Source of the DNA: Candidatus Altiarchaeota archaeon
Lineage (GTDB): Archaea; Altiarchaeota; Altiarchaeia; IMC4; SCGC-AAA252-I15
NCBI GenBank assembly: GCA_043800255.1
Contig: JAZDNF010000003.1
Location: forward strand, 47,923 to 111,922
DNA: 64,000 bases
Reading direction: 5' to 3'
The notes beneath the pieces are model-generated. The model had not been told where the DNA came from. It ran no database searches and was given only the letters and a program-made list of their open reading frames with translations. The number at the start of each line of letters is the position of its first letter. Position 1 is the stretch's first letter. Shown in pieces: positions 58,910 to 64,000 of this stretch. Both the position numbers and the translations under genes were made by a program.

Positions 58910-60859
58910 TTATTCATGAGACATTATACAGAATCCATTACATAATTTTTTTAGATAATGTTTACAATCGTTGCATCTTATAGTATTTCCAAAATTTTTT
59001 TGGATATTGCTTGATATATTGTTGAGTTCACATCGATCTTTATATTTACTTATATGCATTCCAGTATCGCCAGAGCAGAATTCTATCATACCCCCTTTCT
59101 GAACAGTAAATAATTCTAAGCAGTCCCTACAAGAGACAGGTATGCCATACTCTGCAAAAACTTTCAGATATTTTTTTGGGAATACGCATCTGGGTAGTGG
59201 TTTTGTTACCTTGAAATATATTCTATTGTCTCTAAGTTTTGAAAGAAATTTTTCTATATGCTGCCCCCGCTCAGGAGTTAGACTGTTCTCAGTGAATCCA
59301 AATGAGAGTAAAAATAGAGTAGTCTCCCCCGCCCTAGACATTTTGTGGTCTAAAATCCTGTTAAATAATTCAAGAAGATTCTCAGTAGGGGGAACGATAA
59401 TAAGCGGATTACCAACCATTCTGTGAGTACCTGATGTGGGGATTATATCAAATTCGTTAAAGAACAAGGATAAGTATGATCTGTCTGATGACTGTTTTAT
59501 GTATGGTTTTTTCCTCAGAATTTGTTTTTTCACTCTGTAACGCAGATAATTTCCAAAAATCTTTTTTTTCACACTGCATATCTCATTCACAACACCATAC
59601 ATGTTACCAGATACTTGTATCGCTTCCATAGGACATCCTCCAGAACAGTTCCACTTTAAAAAGCAATTTTGACAGTCGCGCATGTTGTATACTGTCCTAG
59701 CCTGCAGATTTTCGATTTTGTTTTTATCTTCAATGACTTTTCTATCTGTTGGATCGTATCTACCGTAGATAAACTCTGAAAACCCGTTAGATCCTGTGAA
59801 GGCTGCGTTACATGCTGAGATATACCCATCCGTTGAAATACAAAAATTAGGGATCGTAACTCCGCAAAAACTTGGAGAGAACTTCTCGACAGGCAAAAAT
59901 GTCGACATGAATAGAATTTGATATTCCTCAGCGAGTTCCCGTGCCATAAGATAATTTTCTAAAAATTTATTTAGATCAGGAGTCTTAGAATAATCTGACG
60001 TCGTATTTAAGCACCTTCCCCTTTCAAAAATTGGTTCGGCCTGGATTACATCTACCCCGAGATTGTGAAAATATTCGACGATATCTGTCTGTTTTTCGAC
60101 CGATGATGCTGATATTGTACTTCTAACAAATGTGGTTTTCTGATTTGACACAATACTTTCGATACTTTCCTCAACAAAATGGCTGCTCTTTCCGCCATTC
60201 TTTAGGGGTCTATGATAGTCCTGAATCGCTGGTGGACCGTCGCATGAAACTCCAATACTAAACTTTTTATCAAGTAAGTAATCAAGCGTTTCTTTTGGCA
60301 TAATACCATTGGTCTGGATTCCGAAGTATATTCTTTTATCAATATCGTGAACATAGTCTACTATATCCTTAATTGACTTTATTGCGAGGGTTGGTTCACC
60401 ACCCCCATGAAAATAAAGATACAATGGTTTTTTAACAGGACTTTTCTCAAGTTTATAATCTAATATACCTTTGATAAAATTGATGTCCGCATATCTGATT
60501 TTTTCACCACCTTTTGCGTAGCAGTACTTGCATCGAAGATTACAATCAGTTGTGAGAAAAATAGAGCATTGATCGAATTTTTCAAACCAATCATTTCTAA
60601 ATGATGGATTAAATCCCTTGGGGACAAATAGGTTTGTGTCGATAAAATCACACCCTCGCTTTTCATCCAAATGCGTATTAAAAGAAAGATAATCGTTCTT
60701 ATCCAGGAGATAAATTCTTTTTTTCCAAGGCGAATATATAACTTTATCCCCCCCAATAGAACCAATCTGAAAAACATCAGGACATTTTTTATAACCCCCG
60801 TTACTTTCTGATCGATTAACTTCTACATCTGTTGATAGGTCAACATATTGAATTGCCAT
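58910..60859 (-). CDS. Radical SAM/SPASM maturase with N- and C-terminal extensions
   Basis: CNLRCKYC; FHGGGEPT; QTNG; FCG..AC; CQNC..CSGGC..C; extra ~200-aa Cys-rich tail. Confidence 0.88.
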   Translation of the reverse strand: MAIQYVDLSTDVEVNRSESNGGYKKCPDVFQIGSIGGDKVIYSPWKKRIYLLDKNDYLSFNTHLDEKRGCDFIDTNLFVPKGFNPSFRNDWFEKFDQCSIFLTTDCNLRCKYCYAKGGEKIRYADINFIKGILDYKLEKSPVKKPLYLYFHGGGEPTLAIKSIKDIVDYVHDIDKRIYFGIQTNGIMPKETLDYLLDKKFSIGVSCDGPPAIQDYHRPLKNGGKSSHFVEESIESIVSNQKTTFVRSTISASSVEKQTDIVEYFHNLGVDVIQAEPIFERGRCLNTTSDYSKTPDLNKFLENYLMARELAEEYQILFMSTFLPVEKFSPSFCGVTIPNFCISTDGYISACNAAFTGSNGFSEFIYGRYDPTDRKVIEDKNKIENLQARTVYNMRDCQNCFLKWNCSGGCPMEAIQVSGNMYGVVNEICSVKKKIFGNYLRYRVKKQILRKKPYIKQSSDRSYLSLFFNEFDIIPTSGTHRMVGNPLIIVPPTENLLELFNRILDHKMSRAGETTLFLLSFGFTENSLTPERGQHIEKFLSKLRDNRIYFKVTKPLPRCVFPKKYLKVFAEYGIPVSCRDCLELFTVQKGGMIEFCSGDTGMHISKYKDRCELNNISSNIQKNFGNTIRCNDCKHYLKKLCNGFCIMSHE

Positions 60860-60981
60860 AGAACTTCAAACCCCCAGTAACATAATATGCTCAACAATTT
60901 TATTATACATTAAAAGTTGATACCATATAATCATGGAGTAACTATTATCACACGTAACTCGAAAAGAGTATGCTAGAAGTG

Positions 60982-61125
60982 CTAAATCCAGACAGGTATA
61001 ACATAACCATCGCATGAACAAGTTTGTGTTAGTATTTTACTGGATAATTTATTCAGTTTATCGAGTGGTTCCAAGGAGGGTGTGTGATACTCCCTTTTTC
61101 TGCTATCGGACACCACTTTTTCCAT
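60982..61125 (-). CDS. Putative RiPP precursor peptide, 47 aa (not in ORF track)
   Basis: MEKVVSDSRKREYHTPSLEPLDKLNKLSSKILTQTCSCDGYVIPVWI*; YxxPxL leader motif; directly upstream of the rSAM/SPASM gene on the same strand. Confidence 0.75.
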   Translation of the reverse strand: MEKVVSDSRKREYHTPSLEPLDKLNKLSSKILTQTCSCDGYVIPVWI

Positions 61126-61222
61126 TTTGTATTAATATCTTTTATTATATAGTAACAGTATATATATTAATATATCCCAATTGGGCCTGATTAGGAATCT
61201 TGCCTTCCAATAAAATCAGTAA

Positions 61223-61816
61223 ATGGAATCCGAACAATATACTGCTATAGCCTTTGATTTAATAAAAAAATCCATTGGTAATGGGAATGTTTTAGCAGTT
61301 AGAACTTCAGGATCTAGCATGTTCCCCCTAATCAAGAACAATGACTGTGTCCTGATCCAAAAAGTAGATGTAGATGAAATCAGACACGGGGACATAATTG
61401 CTTTTCAGTGTTCATCAAGAATAGTGTTACATCGCGTTGTTAGAATAACCGAAGGTTACAAAAGGATTTTCATAACAAAGGGCGATTTTGCCTTAGATGT
61501 ATCCCTAGGTGTGGATGAATGTCAAATTATCGGAAAGGTCTCGAACATTGGATCATTCAACCTAGAATCTAGTGTATGGAGAGTATTTAATATTGTGATA
61601 AGTAGACTTTCCAACATCCAGGGTAGTATAGTTCAAATTGTTGGGCGTAATCGGAGTTACAGGAGGCTGATAAAAAATAAACCAATGTACATTCGATACG
61701 AAAACCATATAATGACATTATTCAAGATTTTTACAAATCCAATGTTAATTGTCTTAAGTCTACAAAGAATATTTTTACATAACCCAGTTGGATATGCTGG
61801 GGTAAATCAACAATGA
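61223..61816 (+). CDS. S26-family signal-peptidase-like protease
   Basis: SGSSMFPLI; GDIIAF; LHRVV; TKGD. Confidence 0.85.
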   Translation: MESEQYTAIAFDLIKKSIGNGNVLAVRTSGSSMFPLIKNNDCVLIQKVDVDEIRHGDIIAFQCSSRIVLHRVVRITEGYKRIFITKGDFALDVSLGVDECQIIGKVSNIGSFNLESSVWRVFNIVISRLSNIQGSIVQIVGRNRSYRRLIKNKPMYIRYENHIMTLFKIFTNPMLIVLSLQRIFLHNPVGYAGVNQQ

Positions 61817-62700
61817 ATGATGAAATAAAGAGGGGGGAAGTTAGTATAAGTGTTGGAGGAGTACGTTGTAGGATTACGTTAGATGATAAGGAATTTTTAA
61901 ATGGTGTGAGGGATTGTTATTATGATTTCCTATCAAATGGAAACGCCGATTTCTCATTAAACATATCATATATCAAAAAAAACAAGAAACAAACAGATAC
62001 GGTGAATAATAAGGATAACCCTGAATTTTTTGAAAGTGAGGAAATACACTTCGATGACGATAGATACCACATCACGTCAGAGCACTCGGACGGTTATTTT
62101 TATCCCAACGCGAAGAGGGGAGAATTTTCCATAGAATCACCAAAGAGATGGCAGATGTTCTCGCTCCGTAGCATACTCAAGGCATGCTATTCACTGGTCT
62201 TTTTAAAACAGGGGGGAATACTGGTTCATGCTGTTGGCCTTAAGAAATGTGGGAGAGGATTCGTGCTCATGGGACCATCACAATCGGGGAAATCAAGTAT
62301 GGGAAAATTGTCAGGGATGCTTCCAGATTGTAAGGTTCTGAGTGATGAATTTATTTTTGCTAAAAAAATTGGTGATGATGTTAAAATTTTTGGAACACCG
62401 TTTGGTGGTGAATTGCCTGCAACTAATTCAAGTGCCAATCTAGCGGGGTTATTTTTTTTAAATTCAGAATCATCTCCAAAAAAGTCCCTATTCAAAAAAT
62501 TGAAACAATCAAGTATTTTAGAAAACTGTTTACTGAACTCTCATTTGTATATGTGCGTGAATCTAGAGAAAAACCCTGGATTAGGGCGTAGAATATTCAA
62601 AGTGCTTTCAAAAACGTTTGTAAACATTCCAGGTTACAGCCTCACATTATTACCCTACATTAATCTTCTGCGTGATTTAGATAGGGTCTGTAAACAGTAG
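61813..62700 (+). CDS. HPr-kinase-related P-loop protein
   Basis: LVHA; GPSQSGKS; LSDE; GTPFGGE. Confidence 0.75.
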   Translation: MNDEIKRGEVSISVGGVRCRITLDDKEFLNGVRDCYYDFLSNGNADFSLNISYIKKNKKQTDTVNNKDNPEFFESEEIHFDDDRYHITSEHSDGYFYPNAKRGEFSIESPKRWQMFSLRSILKACYSLVFLKQGGILVHAVGLKKCGRGFVLMGPSQSGKSSMGKLSGMLPDCKVLSDEFIFAKKIGDDVKIFGTPFGGELPATNSSANLAGLFFLNSESSPKKSLFKKLKQSSILENCLLNSHLYMCVNLEKNPGLGRRIFKVLSKTFVNIPGYSLTLLPYINLLRDLDRVCKQ

Positions 62701-62810
62701 GATATTCATAACATCGATTTGCTGCCAAAAGACATATTATCATGCATTTTCCAAAAAAAAAGCATAATGATTTAATATAATAGAGTAACCTAATTAGTAT
62801 TGAGAGTAAT

Positions 62811-63086
62811 ATGGAAAAAATAGGGACTTATGTTGTCAGAAACGATAACGTCGAGTCGACTGTTTTGGATGATGAGTGTATGTTATTCCATCCAGAGAAA
62901 AACTTATTTTATAAAGTGAATGATACTGGGACTTTCATCTGGGAAGCAATATCTAGAAAAATAAGTATTGACACCATCATCCAGAAGCTAACATCCAATT
63001 TTGATGTTGACAAAAAGATTGCTAAAAAAGAAGTGATTTCATTCCTCAAGTATCTTAAAGAAAAAGATCTGATAGAATATTGTTGA
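62811..63086 (+). CDS. PqqD-family RiPP recognition element (RRE)
   Basis: FYKVNDTGTFIWEAI..I...L..FDV...EV..FL..L.EKDLI. Confidence 0.9.
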   Translation: MEKIGTYVVRNDNVESTVLDDECMLFHPEKNLFYKVNDTGTFIWEAISRKISIDTIIQKLTSNFDVDKKIAKKEVISFLKYLKEKDLIEYC

Positions 63087-63111
63087 TATGAATTTTTAGA
63101 TTTTTCTGCAT

Positions 63112-64000
63112 CTATTCCCTGGCTAAAAATCGCATAAATGATATGCCACTACCACAAAATTTATCAATTATTCTTTTCTTTTCGAAGATATTCTTTTGAT
63201 CATAATAGTAGAATGCAGAAAATATTTTGGGGTGTTTTTTGATTATTTCATTAATTTTTTCATCCCACATATTGAGTTCATAATTCTTTGAATAATGGAC
63301 CGCATCATCATATGAAATCTTACCGCCATATTTTCTGAAAATATGGTTAAGGGGTAGAGGCGATAACAGACTTATGGCATAGTTCACCCCGATATAGTCC
63401 AAATATCTTGCAGAGAGAAGGGTCTTGTTAAAGTCACTCATTATTTCAAAAGGAAACCCCCAGATAAGGCTTGCAATAACCTCTTCGAAGTAGTCCATGG
63501 ATTTTGAGATAACATTTAGTGATTGTTTTACTGTGAAATCCTTTTTTATGAGTTTTAAAATCCTATCAGATCCCGACTCAACACCATAAAATATATGATA
63601 ACATCCTGCACCAGACATCCTCCTCATCAACTCACCATCCATCAGATTCACCCTCCCATATGCACCCCACCGTAAGTCAATTTTTTCTTCTTCCAATTTA
63701 TCGCAAAACTCGAACACCCGCTTTTTAGAAAGGACAAACGTATCATCAACAAACATAATACGATCCACCCCATACTTCTCTTTAAGCAGATTAATCTCCT
63801 CGATTACATTGTCAATGCTACGCGCCCTGTTCTGAGAACCCCACATTTCAGGAAGCTCGCAGAAAGTGCAATTGTAAGGGCAACCGCGAGAAGTAACAAC
63901 AGTACAATAACCATACTTGCTAAGATCAACCCGATGATACGCAGGAAATGGAAGCCCGTCAAGATCCTCAACAAAATTCTGAGACGGTGAAGAAACCACC
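63112..64000 (-). CDS. Partial B12-binding-type radical SAM enzyme (N-terminus outside window)
   Basis: LPFPAY; TSRGCPYNCTFC; FVDDTF; YGVESGS. Confidence 0.88.
   Translation of the reverse strand, partial: VVSSPSQNFVEDLDGLPFPAYHRVDLSKYGYCTVVTSRGCPYNCTFCELPEMWGSQNRARSIDNVIEEINLLKEKYGVDRIMFVDDTFVLSKKRVFEFCDKLEEEKIDLRWGAYGRVNLMDGELMRRMSGAGCYHIFYGVESGSDRILKLIKKDFTVKQSLNVISKSMDYFEEVIASLIWGFPFEIMSDFNKTLLSARYLDYIGVNYAISLLSPLPLNHIFRKYGGKISYDDAVHYSKNYELNMWDEKINEIIKKHPKIFSAFYYYDQKNIFEKKRIIDKFCGSGISFMRFLARE

Noticed and set aside
60982-63086. Calling the cluster a lasso-peptide locus
   Set aside because: No asparagine-synthetase-like cyclase or transglutaminase-like B2 protease is in the window, and the core lacks the usual ring acceptor.

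Overview
Archaeal chromosomal window. The methanogen-type SerRS, archaeosine TGT, class II HMG-CoA reductase, LarE and KaiC/RAD55 ATPases fit an uncultured lineage such as Altiarchaeota/DPANN (inference). Layout: (i) 1-4.6 kb, GT-C-type membrane glycosyltransferases and a methyltransferase. (ii) 5.1-26.7 kb, a type IV secretion-like locus with three VirB2-like pilins, two VirB6-like proteins (one is 1749 aa with a HExxH motif), a PrgI/VirB3-like protein and VirB4, but no relaxase, VirD4 or integrase in view. An opposite-strand cassette interrupts it: KaiC, two paralogous TPR proteins and two radical SAM/SPASM enzymes. The TPR protein next to the enzymes ends in a W-D-N/H-x-x repeat tail resembling a triceptide RiPP core. 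(iii) 26.7-53.2 kb, mostly housekeeping genes, with an AT-rich KaiC-V4R-UbiA-flavoreductase cassette, an orphan kinase/SelO-like protein and a dTMP kinase with a large insertion. (iv) 53.3-64 kb, an AT-rich RiPP-like island: ABC exporter, two B12-type radical SAM enzymes, GT4, rSAM/SPASM, S26 peptidase, HPr-kinase-like protein and PqqD/RRE. It also holds a 47-aa ORF absent from the ORF track (60982..61125, minus strand) with a YxxPxL leader and a CSCDGYVIPVWI core. All calls come from reading motifs by eye; no database searches were run.
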